From: Bdellovibrionales bacterium
GTDB taxonomy: Bacteria > Bdellovibrionota > Bdellovibrionia > Bdellovibrionales > UBA1609
DNA length: 64,000 nt
Reading direction: 5' to 3'
Assembly: GCA_965205645.1 (NCBI GenBank)
Contig: OZ242172.1
Location: forward strand, 576,122-640,121
Both the position numbers and the translations under genes were made by a program. Positions within the stretch are counted from its first letter, which is position 1; each line of letters begins with the position of its first letter. The notes beneath the pieces were generated by a model. The model made no database searches, was not told where the DNA came from, and saw nothing but the letters and a program-made list of their open reading frames with translations. Of the stretch, positions 43,626 to 53,532 are shown one piece after another.

Positions 43626-46600
43626 GTGAAAATTAAAAATAAAATTCTTTGGAATCAAAAAGGATCTCTGATTGGGAGCATAATGGCTCTTTCCATTATG
43701 GGGTTGAGCACTGTTGGTTTACTACATTATACGACAGGTTTTAGGAGTAATGTGGTAGAGCAAGTACAGCAGCGGGATAATGAAGTATTAATCAGCCGAC
43801 AGGCAATCAATCGCTTAAAAGCTTTGTTAGTTGAAAAAACAACTAAAGAAGATGGCGGTATCGCTCTACAAAATACTTATGGAATATGTTCTTTATTAGA
43901 AAGTCCAGGTATTTCAGTAGGTGCAGAAGCTATATTTCTAAATTTTAAATATGTTAATACAAAGGGTATTAATTGGAATAAATCCAGGTGGCAGGTAATT
44001 TTTGCCGCACCCGATTGGGAGTTTGCTGATGCTGCTTCATGCCAACGAATAGATGATAGTTTTACAGCAAGTGTTTTTGCCCGCTGCTTAGAATATAAAG
44101 GGGATAGTAGTGGTGCTTGGCAAACTTTCGTGATTGCAAAAATACGTCCAGAATATTTTCCAGGTGGCAAGATTATTGATATTAAAGATAAGTCAATAGA
44201 TCCAAAAAGTGTTATGTTTATTTTAACAGCTAAAACAGGATCTTTTTATGTGGGCACACCTTCTGCAGAAAATTCTCAGGAAGAATCTGAAGAGGTTCAG
44301 CAAGATATCGTTTATTTCCATCAAACGTCTGATATGTTATGGGCGAATAGTGTTGGTGAATGTCACGTTCAAACTAGGGATGATAAGGAATGGACAACTG
44401 TTCATTTTTCTGGATCTGGTACGGGATCTAATTCCAATAATAGAGTGATCAATGATTCTGCATTTCATGATACACATAATTGTGAAGCACTTGAGATACC
44501 AGATGATAGTATTAATGATGGTGTCGTACAGGCGGGACAATTGGCGGGACAATCAAATACTTTTAATTTAAGTTCCATTATTGGGTTAAATGTTAAATTA
44601 AGTTGTACTGCAAAAACATTTCGCTGTAAAAAATCTGGTGGAATTCCGGCTTTTGAGAATAAGGATATCGATCCATTTCGATTCACTTTTAAGGTTCGCA
44701 ATAGACATCCATATCCAATTACTTTAACAGCAATAAATATTACCTTAAAAAAGAAAAATTCAGGTGAGGTAGATGGTACTGCTAATCGTCGGTTAGACGG
44801 TGTATCTATGAATTTATATGATAGTGCGGATAGTGTTACTCCTATTATGGCTGCTAATATAGATGATGAAGAAAATAAATATGAGATCAATGGAGAAAAA
44901 GAGTTTGCTGTAGAAGCTGATGGTGTGCAAATGGATAATCATTGTCGGTCTATCTGCCAAAAAAACTCTGATTTTTATCCTGTCATTGACGTAGATACTG
45001 ATTATGATACAGATGGTTCTTGTTTTAGAAAAGATTTCAGTGATGATGAGAGTAATAAAGTGCATTGTACTGTGTGTTATATGAAGTCTTGTCAACGTTC
45101 TGGTTTAGGCACTTTTGGTCCGTTGCAACCAAGAGCTTTTGACAAAGAACGTTCCTCGGTACAATTAACAGGTGTGGACATAAAACAGCAACAGTTCCAA
45201 GGTTTACCGGATGAAGCCTTGGATTCTCAATTACCAGAATGTCATATTACTCAATCATATAAAGGGAGTGATTTACCAACAAAGGCTTTGGAAACAGTAA
45301 GTAATGGTAGTGATGATTGTTTAGCTGTTAGTGTATCTAGTGTGAATGATTTTAAGGATCTGCATTCACGTCCGTATCACCGATCAAGTTGTAAGACTAC
45401 AAAACCTGTCTTGTGTTTTATTAACGGTCATTATGTGCCGGCCGTGGAAATTGTAGGTTCTGATCCTGATCAGCTAAAAATGATTATTAAAAAAACTACT
45501 TTTGCTAATGCACAACAGGCATGTTTTGAGATGGGTCGGGAAATAGGAAGTATGTCTAGCTTAACTACTATGTTTCATAGCGCGTATGAAGCTGAAGATT
45601 CTCTAAAAGAGCAATTAGCAAAAATCCAAAATGAATTAGTTTTTGCATCAGATAAAGAAAAATTTGATTTTATTAACAATGCGACAAGGGGATTATTTTT
45701 AGCTCCTGTTAAGAGAACGTACAGTGTTATTCCTAATGGGCTAGTTCATTATATGGTGAACAAAGTAGTTAAGGATTACAGTTCTATGTGGACAGCCATA
45801 GAAATGGACGGTGGTGGTTCACCAGTGGCATCTGTTCCTTGGGCAGGGGTGGCATCCAGAGCTTTAAAAAAAGATCAGCCTTGGGCAGTATTTTTTAATA
45901 AGGATGGAGCTCGCCCTGTGCTGTTCAAAGAAACAAGCCAGTTACAAGATTCCTCAAAACATTTTGCTTTACATTATAATTTAAGATGGAAGGGTGCTGC
46001 TCCACAGTCTTCAACTACAGACGCACGTTTTGTATGCCTTAATCCAACTAACCAAAAATATGTTGTCACGTCGGATACAGGTACATTGGAAGAAGGTGCA
46101 AGTGTTTGTGCGAGAGAGGGTAACTTGTTTATTCCTCCGTTTAGTGGTGATGACTGGGCACAAGCCATGCTAAGTTTAAACCCTAACGATGAAATGTATC
46201 CTTTTCCTGATCCAAAATTAAGTGATGCCACACAAAAAGCTTTTGTATATTCTCATTCATTAGAAGATCCAGTTGCTTGGTTAGCTTTAGAAAGCACCTT
46301 ATCAAAACAGGCAGGTGATTCAGTACCTAAAGCTTCTGAATTAAATTTTTATGTGAGTCGCTGGTCAAATGGAGCAAATGTGTTAAGCAAATCTATTTTA
46401 AAAACACGTAGTACATTTACAAAAACAGGAATCACTTTGGATGGAGTGCCGAGAGGTACCTGTGATGATGCAGGTGATACACTTTTGTCTCTTTGTGTGA
46501 GTCGACAAGCTGGTGGTTTTTCACCAGTTGCCATTGTACCAGAATCTAGTACTAGTAGCTGTCCATCTGGTAGCCTGAAAGCAAGTGATGCAAAGGTAGC

Positions 46601-46961
46601 TAACAAATTTTTTAAACCACAAAGTTATCGGTACATGGCTAAATTGTATCAATTACTAGATAAGAAACGAAAAGATTATAGAAGTAAAAAACCCAAAGAA
46701 GTTATTATTGTTATTAATGCTAAAAAGTCCAAAGGTTGTACGAAACAGTGCAAGGAGACTAAGTCTCATTATGTTAGCTATATCGTTTCTGGATCTAAGC
46801 CACCAGAAACACAGTATAGGTGGGACAAGGTTAGCTCAAATAGCGTCAAGTGCCCTAAAAGTCCTCCTGACAACGATCGAGATTCATTTAAGGGTTCTAG
46901 TACAAGAAGCTGTGGCTCTAGTTGTAGGATAGTTACTACAAGAGAATTTCCACCTCTTTAA
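43626..46961 (+). CDS. Very large (1111 aa) Cys-rich exported protein with PilX-like N-terminus
   Basis: N-terminus NQKGSLIGSIMALSIMGLSTVGLL followed by a helical segment. Long Cys-rich body. Co-oriented with the preceding gene, 57 nt downstream. Confidence 0.5.
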   Translation: MKIKNKILWNQKGSLIGSIMALSIMGLSTVGLLHYTTGFRSNVVEQVQQRDNEVLISRQAINRLKALLVEKTTKEDGGIALQNTYGICSLLESPGISVGAEAIFLNFKYVNTKGINWNKSRWQVIFAAPDWEFADAASCQRIDDSFTASVFARCLEYKGDSSGAWQTFVIAKIRPEYFPGGKIIDIKDKSIDPKSVMFILTAKTGSFYVGTPSAENSQEESEEVQQDIVYFHQTSDMLWANSVGECHVQTRDDKEWTTVHFSGSGTGSNSNNRVINDSAFHDTHNCEALEIPDDSINDGVVQAGQLAGQSNTFNLSSIIGLNVKLSCTAKTFRCKKSGGIPAFENKDIDPFRFTFKVRNRHPYPITLTAINITLKKKNSGEVDGTANRRLDGVSMNLYDSADSVTPIMAANIDDEENKYEINGEKEFAVEADGVQMDNHCRSICQKNSDFYPVIDVDTDYDTDGSCFRKDFSDDESNKVHCTVCYMKSCQRSGLGTFGPLQPRAFDKERSSVQLTGVDIKQQQFQGLPDEALDSQLPECHITQSYKGSDLPTKALETVSNGSDDCLAVSVSSVNDFKDLHSRPYHRSSCKTTKPVLCFINGHYVPAVEIVGSDPDQLKMIIKKTTFANAQQACFEMGREIGSMSSLTTMFHSAYEAEDSLKEQLAKIQNELVFASDKEKFDFINNATRGLFLAPVKRTYSVIPNGLVHYMVNKVVKDYSSMWTAIEMDGGGSPVASVPWAGVASRALKKDQPWAVFFNKDGARPVLFKETSQLQDSSKHFALHYNLRWKGAAPQSSTTDARFVCLNPTNQKYVVTSDTGTLEEGASVCAREGNLFIPPFSGDDWAQAMLSLNPNDEMYPFPDPKLSDATQKAFVYSHSLEDPVAWLALESTLSKQAGDSVPKASELNFYVSRWSNGANVLSKSILKTRSTFTKTGITLDGVPRGTCDDAGDTLLSLCVSRQAGGFSPVAIVPESSTSSCPSGSLKASDAKVANKFFKPQSYRYMAKLYQLLDKKRKDYRSKKPKEVIIVINAKKSKGCTKQCKETKSHYVSYIVSGSKPPETQYRWDKVSSNSVKCPKSPPDNDRDSFKGSSTRSCGSSCRIVTTREFPPL

Positions 46962-46982
46962 GTTATTTAATCAAAATAATGA

Positions 46983-47043
46983 ACTGCGTGCAAGGAATCA
47001 CGGCGAAAATGTCACCGGCGACCTGCCGGCCCCTTTGAGGGAG
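46983..47043 (+). repeat. A-repeat copy (hairpin variant) between convergent genes, overlapping the enoyl-CoA hydratase 3' end
   Basis: actgcgtgcaaggaatcacggcgaaaatgtcaccggcgacctgccggcccctttgagggag. Confidence 0.8.
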
Positions 47044-47785
47044 TTAATAATTTTTTAATTCTAGCTTGAGTGGTTTTAGTTTTACGGGCAGTGTGAATCA
47101 TACTGATTGCCTGAGATTTAATTTTCTTAATAGGACAAAGATAAGCTTTGTTTAATATTCTCTTTGTTTTTTTAACAGCAGTTAGATCTAATTGTTTTAA
47201 GTGTTTCAATAATGTTTGTAAAAAAGTATCACATTGATTTGCACTGCCAATAAAATGCACTAAGCTAGCTTGCTGCGCTTCTTTTGCGGAAAAAGGTAAG
47301 GCGCTTAACATAAAAAATCGTGCCCAGGAAAATGGTATTTTTTTTAAAATAAAAGGGCTAATCATGGAAGGCACTAACCCTAAACGTGTTTCACTAAATT
47401 GAAAGCGTGAACCAAGCTCTGCAATCACTACGTCACATACACTCATTAGGCCAATACCACCACCCATGATAAAACCATGTACCTTTGCAATCACGGGTAC
47501 TTTGCAGTGATCTATTTGTTCTAATAAAGTAAATAATTGGCTTAAGGACTGCTTGCTAAAAGTTTTTTCATTTGTTAGCCATTTTAAGTCTGCACCGCTG
47601 CAAAACGCTTTGCCTTTTCCACTAAGTACAACCGCTTGAACAGTAGAATCTTGCTCAATAGATTTAAAAATTCTGGATAAGCCATGAATGACCTCAGGAT
47701 TTAAAGCATTGCGCTTTTCCGGTCGATTCAAAGTGATAAAAATAATATCTTTATTTTTTTTTAATTCCAGAAGGGATCTAGCCAT
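47012..47785 (-). CDS. Enoyl-CoA hydratase/isomerase family protein (likely methylglutaconyl-CoA hydratase by context)
   Basis: FCSGADLKW and GFIMGGGIGLMSVCDVVIA crotonase motifs. Downstream of the carboxyltransferase gene. The last ~10 codons and the stop lie in an A-repeat copy. Confidence 0.8.
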   Translation of the reverse strand: MARSLLELKKNKDIIFITLNRPEKRNALNPEVIHGLSRIFKSIEQDSTVQAVVLSGKGKAFCSGADLKWLTNEKTFSKQSLSQLFTLLEQIDHCKVPVIAKVHGFIMGGGIGLMSVCDVVIAELGSRFQFSETRLGLVPSMISPFILKKIPFSWARFFMLSALPFSAKEAQQASLVHFIGSANQCDTFLQTLLKHLKQLDLTAVKKTKRILNKAYLCPIKKIKSQAISMIHTARKTKTTQARIKKLLTPSKGPAGRR

Positions 47786-47806
47786 TATTTATCCTTTGCT
47801 CGTGTT

Positions 47807-49420
47807 TCACATTCGGTAAATGCCTTTTAACTTTTTAGGCAAGGGGGCGTATAAAGCAGCATCTAAACCTAAAGCCAAAACTTTTCTAGTATCTATTGGA
47901 TCAATAATTCCATCATCCCATAAGCGAGCTGTAGAATAATAAGCGGAACTTTGTCGTTGGTATTGTTCTACCAAAGATTCTTCTACTTTGTTATGTAGTT
48001 TTTCTTTATTTGCGTTTGAACGAATTTTGTGTAGCACTTTTTCCGCTTGGATTCCTCCCATGACAGCAATGCGTGCACTTGGCCACATCCATAACTGCCG
48101 AGGCTGATAGGCCCGTCCACACATTCCATAATTGCCAGCTCCATAGGAAGAACCAATAATGACAGTAAACTTAGGAACCCTTGCTAGACTCACCGCGGAT
48201 ACCATTTTAGCTCCATGTTTAACAATGCCCTCGCTTTCGTATTTTTGACCTACCATAAAACCAACGACATTTTGTAAGAACACAAGAGGGATTCCTCTTT
48301 GGTCACATAAATCAATAAAATGTGTAGCCTTTAATGCTGATTCACTAAATAAAATACCATTGTTTGCTAATATTCCGACAGGGTATCCGCATATATGCGC
48401 CCATCCGACCACTAAAGATGTGCCATAATTTTTCTTAAATTCATGGAAATCCGACCCATCTACTAAACGAGCAATGATTTCCCGTATATCAAACGGTGTT
48501 TTAAAATCAGTCGGTAAAATCCCATATATTTCTTCAGAAGGATAGAGAGGATCGCTACTTTCCCGTACGGACAAAGGTTGCACTGTGTGCGTGTTTCCTA
48601 AGTGAGAAACAATGTCACGTGCTATGCGTAAAGCACTATCTTCATCTGCCGCTAAATAATCACTGACACCAGAACGGGCTGTATGCAAGTCTGCTCCTCC
48701 TAAATCTTGTGCATTGACTGTTTCTCCGGTTGCGGCTTCCACTAGAGGTGGACCTCCTAAAAAAATCGTTCCATTCCCCTGGACAATGATATTTTCATCA
48801 GACATGGCTGGTACATAAGCGCCCCCTGCTGTGCAATGTCCAAAAACAACAGAGATTTGTGGAATCCCCTGTGCAGACATCTGCGCTTGATTATAAAAGA
48901 TTCGCCCAAAATGATTTTTGTCTGGAAAAACTTCATCTTGATATAATAAATAAGCTCCACCACTATCTACTAAATATAAGCAAGGTAGTTTATTTTCTTG
49001 TGCAATTTCCTGTGCTCGTAAATGCTTACGCACAGTTAATGGAAAGTAAGTTCCACCTTTCACTGTGGCATCATTAGCAACTACGACACAAGGTCGACCG
49101 GCAATGACGATGATACCAGTGACGATGCCTGCTGCTGCCACTTTCTCCTTATAGACATTTTGGCCGGCTAATGCAGAGAATTCCAAAAAACAAGTGCCCG
49201 GGTCTTTTAGTCGTTCAATTCTTTCTCGAACTAAATACTTGTTTCTACTTTTATGACGCTCTTGGTTTTTTTGCCCGCCTCCCTCTTTTGCCTGTTGGAT
49301 CGCTTTTTTAAGTTTTTCCACCTGCCCCTTCATGTAATGAAAGTTGTGTATAAATTGCTCAGAGCGGGTGTCCACTGTTGTCGTTAAAACCATAACTAGC
49401 AGTGTGCTATAGCAAAACAA
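47807..49420 (-). CDS. Acyl-CoA carboxylase carboxyltransferase (beta) subunit, methylcrotonyl-CoA carboxylase-like
   Basis: Full-length carboxyl transferase domain pair, similar throughout to MCCase/PCCase beta subunits. The start may be the internal ATG at 49393. Confidence 0.85.
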   Translation of the reverse strand: MFCYSTLLVMVLTTTVDTRSEQFIHNFHYMKGQVEKLKKAIQQAKEGGGQKNQERHKSRNKYLVRERIERLKDPGTCFLEFSALAGQNVYKEKVAAAGIVTGIIVIAGRPCVVVANDATVKGGTYFPLTVRKHLRAQEIAQENKLPCLYLVDSGGAYLLYQDEVFPDKNHFGRIFYNQAQMSAQGIPQISVVFGHCTAGGAYVPAMSDENIIVQGNGTIFLGGPPLVEAATGETVNAQDLGGADLHTARSGVSDYLAADEDSALRIARDIVSHLGNTHTVQPLSVRESSDPLYPSEEIYGILPTDFKTPFDIREIIARLVDGSDFHEFKKNYGTSLVVGWAHICGYPVGILANNGILFSESALKATHFIDLCDQRGIPLVFLQNVVGFMVGQKYESEGIVKHGAKMVSAVSLARVPKFTVIIGSSYGAGNYGMCGRAYQPRQLWMWPSARIAVMGGIQAEKVLHKIRSNANKEKLHNKVEESLVEQYQRQSSAYYSTARLWDDGIIDPIDTRKVLALGLDAALYAPLPKKLKGIYRM

Positions 49421-49502
49421 GAAAATAAAGCTTTTGCTCTCTGCTCCGCTTCATTTGTAAAACTTGATTTAATATATAAAACCAGCCATACTGAATCGGA
49501 AT

Positions 49503-50303
49503 ATGTTCATACACTGCCTTTCTAAACTGAAACTATATCGTTTCAGGATTTTAGCCGTATTTCTGCTTTGCGTGTTCTTAGCCGTAACTTGGTTTACTTT
49601 TCACGAACCTCCACAGCATTCAGAAGAGCTTCATATCAGTTTGAGAACGCAATTAAAGCAATTGATTCAAAAAACCTTATCTGAAAAAGAGCCGGATGCA
49701 AATAATGTTCAATTTCACAAAATGTGGACAGAGCCAACTAGGCAAAAAAATGAAATAACAGCACAATTTGAATATTCTTATGACCAGCAAAGTACCAATG
49801 TTCAGGTCAGTGGTGCTGCAGTGATTATTAAGCAAAGTATGCGATCACAAGATTATGAGTTATGGGTGGTGCACTCTATTCGGACAGACAATTGGTCTAT
49901 TGATTTTCAAGAGCCTGTCGTGCTGCTTTCGGATAAAGAATATAAAACGCCAGAGTCAAAATCCGATTCAGTCGGAAAAGATGCATCCGCTAAAGTAGAT
50001 AAAGCAGCTAAAACAGAGACCAGTGCGCCTGCAGCAGCAGGTACAGCACCAGAAAAAACATCCCCTGGTGCAGCCAGTGCAAAATCTAAAAAGCTTGCTC
50101 CTTCTGGTGCAGTGGGTACAAAATCTAAAGAACAAGTGCCAGCAACAACAAATACAGAATCTGGTAAAAAAACAGAATCTTCTGAAGAAAGTAAAGAGCC
50201 TTCTGCAGACAGTGCACCTGTGTCTCAAACAGATAAGACATCTGAATCAAAACCGCCTGAATCAAAACCGGCACCTGTTTCTTCTGATAATCCAACTCAG
50301 TGA
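49503..50303 (+). CDS. Membrane-anchored hypothetical protein with low-complexity Ser/Lys/Pro/Ala-rich tail
   Basis: N-terminal TM ILAVFLLCVFLAVTWFTF, a ~110-aa globular region, then a compositionally biased tail. Confidence 0.5.
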   Translation: MFIHCLSKLKLYRFRILAVFLLCVFLAVTWFTFHEPPQHSEELHISLRTQLKQLIQKTLSEKEPDANNVQFHKMWTEPTRQKNEITAQFEYSYDQQSTNVQVSGAAVIIKQSMRSQDYELWVVHSIRTDNWSIDFQEPVVLLSDKEYKTPESKSDSVGKDASAKVDKAAKTETSAPAAAGTAPEKTSPGAASAKSKKLAPSGAVGTKSKEQVPATTNTESGKKTESSEESKEPSADSAPVSQTDKTSESKPPESKPAPVSSDNPTQ

Positions 50304-50749
50304 AGAAACATAAAACGATTTTTAATGGGAATGCGAAAGGCTGGCCATCGTCAGTATGGATCTATACGGATGGAGCGTCTCGCGGTAACCCGGGTTTATC
50401 CTCTATTGGTATTGTCGTATATGATGAACAGGGCAAAACACTGTACGAAGAAGCTACCTTGTTAGGAGTACAGACGAATAATTATGCAGAATACTCTGCG
50501 GCACTTAAAGCTTTAAAGCTTAGCTGTAACAACAAAGTACAATCATTAGTTTTAAAAAGTGACAGTCAGTTATTGGTCAACCAATTATCTGGAAAATATA
50601 AAGTGCGCTCTCCTAATATTCGATCTCTATACCAGGCTTGTGCAAAATATGCGTTAAAGATTCCTGCTGCTCAGTTTCAACATATACCACGCGAACAAAA
50701 CACCAAAGCGGATGCAATGGCTAATCTTATTTTAGATACACATCAATAA
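50300..50749 (+). CDS. rnhA: Ribonuclease HI family protein
   Basis: IYTDGASRGNPG, NNYAEYSA, DSQLLVNQLSGKYKV and NTKADAMAN give the DEDD active-site pattern. Confidence 0.8.
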   Translation: MKKHKTIFNGNAKGWPSSVWIYTDGASRGNPGLSSIGIVVYDEQGKTLYEEATLLGVQTNNYAEYSAALKALKLSCNNKVQSLVLKSDSQLLVNQLSGKYKVRSPNIRSLYQACAKYALKIPAAQFQHIPREQNTKADAMANLILDTHQ

Positions 50750-50881
50750 CAGCGATTCCCTATCTAATTTTCTCTACTCCATGACCAAACTTTGTTTTTA
50801 TAATTTTTGCTATTTTAGGCAATTATTAAGCTTCTAAAGAATTTTATAAATATTTATTTTAATAAGATAACTAATATAAAT

Positions 50882-51496
50882 CTAATTAAAATAATTTGGG
50901 TAGTATTGTTTCATCAATTTAATTTGTTGTTCAGCTCTTTTTTTAAGAGATTGAGCCCAACGTTCTAATAAGTGTTTTTTAGCATCTTTCCAATTTCTTT
51001 GTTTTGGTTCTATATTTTTTGACCAATTACACTGAAAAGGAGGGTTATTTGGAGCTATTGCTATTTCCTTTAATCCTTTAAGGCTAATAATAAAAGTTTT
51101 CGTATCTCTCTTTCTAACAACGATAAAATAAAAATCTCTTTTTTCATTTTTATTTTCATTTTCACACATAGATTGAAAGAATTTATTATATTGATTAGGA
51201 GCATGTTTGCAGCCAGTTAAAAAATAGTAAATGACGGCTTTTCCTATAGTGTTATCGTTATTAGTCATTTCACTAATTTTTATATTACAATAAAATTTTC
51301 CAATTTTTATATCATACCAACATCTATTAGGAGGTATTTCAATTTCATATTGAGTTTTATTTTTTATAAATTTAGCAATAATTTTTTCTGATTCAATTGA
51401 ATTAACCCTTCCATCATTTGAATGTGTGGAAAGCTTAATTGAAGATGGATTTTTAGAAATTATATTAGCGACATCTTGTAAAATGGTAGGTATCAC
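50882..51496 (-). CDS. Putative type II restriction endonuclease (partner of the upstream methyltransferase)
   Basis: 204-aa ORF overlapping the methyltransferase stop by 4 nt, in very AT-rich DNA. No family recognised by eye; the call rests on context. Confidence 0.5.
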   Translation of the reverse strand: MIPTILQDVANIISKNPSSIKLSTHSNDGRVNSIESEKIIAKFIKNKTQYEIEIPPNRCWYDIKIGKFYCNIKISEMTNNDNTIGKAVIYYFLTGCKHAPNQYNKFFQSMCENENKNEKRDFYFIVVRKRDTKTFIISLKGLKEIAIAPNNPPFQCNWSKNIEPKQRNWKDAKKHLLERWAQSLKKRAEQQIKLMKQYYPNYFN

Positions 51497-52611
51497 AATT
51501 CACCAATAGGAGCATTTTGTAAGCTTTTTTGAGAAAAAATTAATCTTCCATCGCAAACAAAACCAAGAGTTTGCCAATCCATTTTATTTAATTTATCTAC
51601 AGCTTTAATTAGATTTAAATTATTGGTTGTTGGAAAAAGAGCTAAAACCGACCCATCATAAGCTTTGTCTTCACTAATAAAAAATGGCTTTGGATTCCGG
51701 GTTTTGCAATTAACATATATTCTTTCACCTTCTTGATAATGATAAGCTCTTCCCCACTTCCACCAATTGCTTTGATTAAAAGCTCTCACCCTGCGACTTA
51801 AAAGCCTATCCTTAAATTTTTCCAAGTAGCGACATTTTTTATTGTAAATCATTTTTCGTTTTTCACCAGATTTGCCAGTCAGAGAACATACCATGTTTAC
51901 ATTACCATACTTTTTATTTGAAAAAACATCATCTGCCCCGCTCACTGCTCCCACCTTAACATTAAAATAATTTGCCAAACTCGTTCTTGACAGCTTATTT
52001 CCAAACCATATTTGTCCATTTGAATAATGAAATATTTTTCCACATGATATTTTTTTTTCTTTGCGACCTTTCTCCCACCGCCAAATAGCACAATTAGGAG
52101 AATAGCCATTAAAAATAGAGGCATCACCTAATTCATAAAACTCAGTAAATGAACCTTGATCATATAATTTTTTATTTAATTTTCTAGAATTTGTTGATTT
52201 TAAAAAATCCCGAGGGGTGATAAAAATTAGTTCTCCACCTTTGTCTAGATGTTCAATACATTTTGCTATAAAAAATAAATACAGATTGCTCCTGTGATCA
52301 AATAAATTCATTGGTAGCAAATTTTTGGTTTTGCTTGGAATATCCTGGAATCGCACATAAGGAGGATTCCCTATGATAGTTTGAAATTTATTTTTTATTG
52401 GATATTCAAAAAAATCACCAACATGAATTCTGTTATCTATTACTACTTTTTCATCTAGCTCAATGCCAACAGCACTACTCTCTAGCACAGAAAGAAAAGC
52501 TCCATTTCCAGCTGAAGGTTCAAGTACAGAACCTTTACTTCTGCGAAGCGTAACCATTTTTTCTACTATTTTGTAGGGAGTGAATACTTGTCCTAGTTTT
52601 TTTACATTCAC
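51493..52611 (-). CDS. N6-adenine DNA methyltransferase (gamma class, Eco57I/TaqI-like)
   Basis: LGQVFTPYKIV, AdoMet motif VLEPSAGNGAF and catalytic motif IIGNPPYV. Confidence 0.85.
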   Translation of the reverse strand: MNVKKLGQVFTPYKIVEKMVTLRRSKGSVLEPSAGNGAFLSVLESSAVGIELDEKVVIDNRIHVGDFFEYPIKNKFQTIIGNPPYVRFQDIPSKTKNLLPMNLFDHRSNLYLFFIAKCIEHLDKGGELIFITPRDFLKSTNSRKLNKKLYDQGSFTEFYELGDASIFNGYSPNCAIWRWEKGRKEKKISCGKIFHYSNGQIWFGNKLSRTSLANYFNVKVGAVSGADDVFSNKKYGNVNMVCSLTGKSGEKRKMIYNKKCRYLEKFKDRLLSRRVRAFNQSNWWKWGRAYHYQEGERIYVNCKTRNPKPFFISEDKAYDGSVLALFPTTNNLNLIKAVDKLNKMDWQTLGFVCDGRLIFSQKSLQNAPIGEL

Positions 52612-52839
52612 AAAATGTCCCCTTACTATTAGCCCTTATTAGATTTGTACGTTAACTGATTAGGAACTAGCAACTAAAAATATTTTACAATGCTAATAGT
52701 TAGACTATGGTGAGAATTTTTATTATCACTATTAGTGTCTTTTGATAAGTTATATATCGCGTTAAGTGGTCAATATAAATACAATATGAAAGCTAAATAT
52801 AAATTTAAGATGCTAATGTTTAGTTTGTGTATATGAAAA

Positions 52840-53532
52840 TTAACAACACATTTTTTGAATGCGACGGCAGACAGTGGCTGGATCCTCCGCTGTATAAATA
52901 GGTCGTCCCATCACAAATGCGTTAGCTCCAGCTTGTAATACCTCCTTGGGAGTGCATACTCGATTTTGATCTTCACTTACTTGCTGTAACATACGCACAC
53001 CTGGTGTTAGTAAATACACTTCTGGATGCCGCTTTCGTAAAGCACATAACTCTTGCCCGGAACACACCAGCGCACTCAGTCCACTTTTAATAACCAAATC
53101 AGATAACATTTCCACTTGGGATGAAATGGCATAATGTCTGGTAAAATAAGGCATTGTCCGTTGTGAAAAACTGGTTAATACCGTGACCGCTAAAATGCGA
53201 AACTCTCGCCGCGCTTTTAATCGTTGTTCCAATTCAGCTAACTGACTTAAGGCCACCATTCCAGCACTTGCATGCACTGTTATAGAATCCACACCAAGAT
53301 CAAAAGCTGTTTGTACTGCACCCACCATAGAAGAGGGGATGTCAAAAAATTTAAAATCCAATAAGATTTTTCCAAAAGTTTTTAATTTTAAAATTAAAGA
53401 CGGGTGGGCTTTAAAAAAAAGTCGTGGACCCACTTTAAATCCCTCTACTTGATCCGCTACTTCTCGCGCAATCCATAGCGCCCTTTGCTCATCTTCCACA
53501 TCTAAGGCAACATAAAGCGGTAGTGGCTTCAC
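52840..53532 (-). CDS. pyrF: Orotidine 5'-phosphate decarboxylase
   Basis: LDFKFFDIPSSM (DxKxxDIxxT-type) motif and the C-terminal VMGRPIY motif. Confidence 0.9.
   Translation of the reverse strand: MKPLPLYVALDVEDEQRALWIAREVADQVEGFKVGPRLFFKAHPSLILKLKTFGKILLDFKFFDIPSSMVGAVQTAFDLGVDSITVHASAGMVALSQLAELEQRLKARREFRILAVTVLTSFSQRTMPYFTRHYAISSQVEMLSDLVIKSGLSALVCSGQELCALRKRHPEVYLLTPGVRMLQQVSEDQNRVCTPKEVLQAGANAFVMGRPIYTAEDPATVCRRIQKMCC

Noticed and set aside
45400-46200. Two C-type-lectin-like stretches in the 1111-aa protein (TTFANAQQACFEMGREIGS... and GTLEEGASVCAREGNLFIP...).
   Set aside because: The resemblance is limited to a short x-A-x2-C-x3-G pattern. The conserved WIGL/Cys framework of CTLDs is not evident by eye, so this needs a profile search before being claimed.
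49968-50313. Alternative-frame ORFs (86 aa minus, 96 aa plus) over the 3' part of gene 49503..50303.
   Set aside because: They arise from compositionally biased DNA encoding the low-complexity tail. The sense frame is continuous with a TM-anchored N-terminal domain and is coupled to rnhA.
52685-52830. Imperfect direct repeat (tacaatgctaatagttagactatg / taagatgctaatgtttagtttgtg) upstream of the R-M methyltransferase, considered as an island boundary.
   Set aside because: Both copies lie on the same side of the island, are short and AT-rich with several mismatches, and no counterpart exists at the rnhA side.
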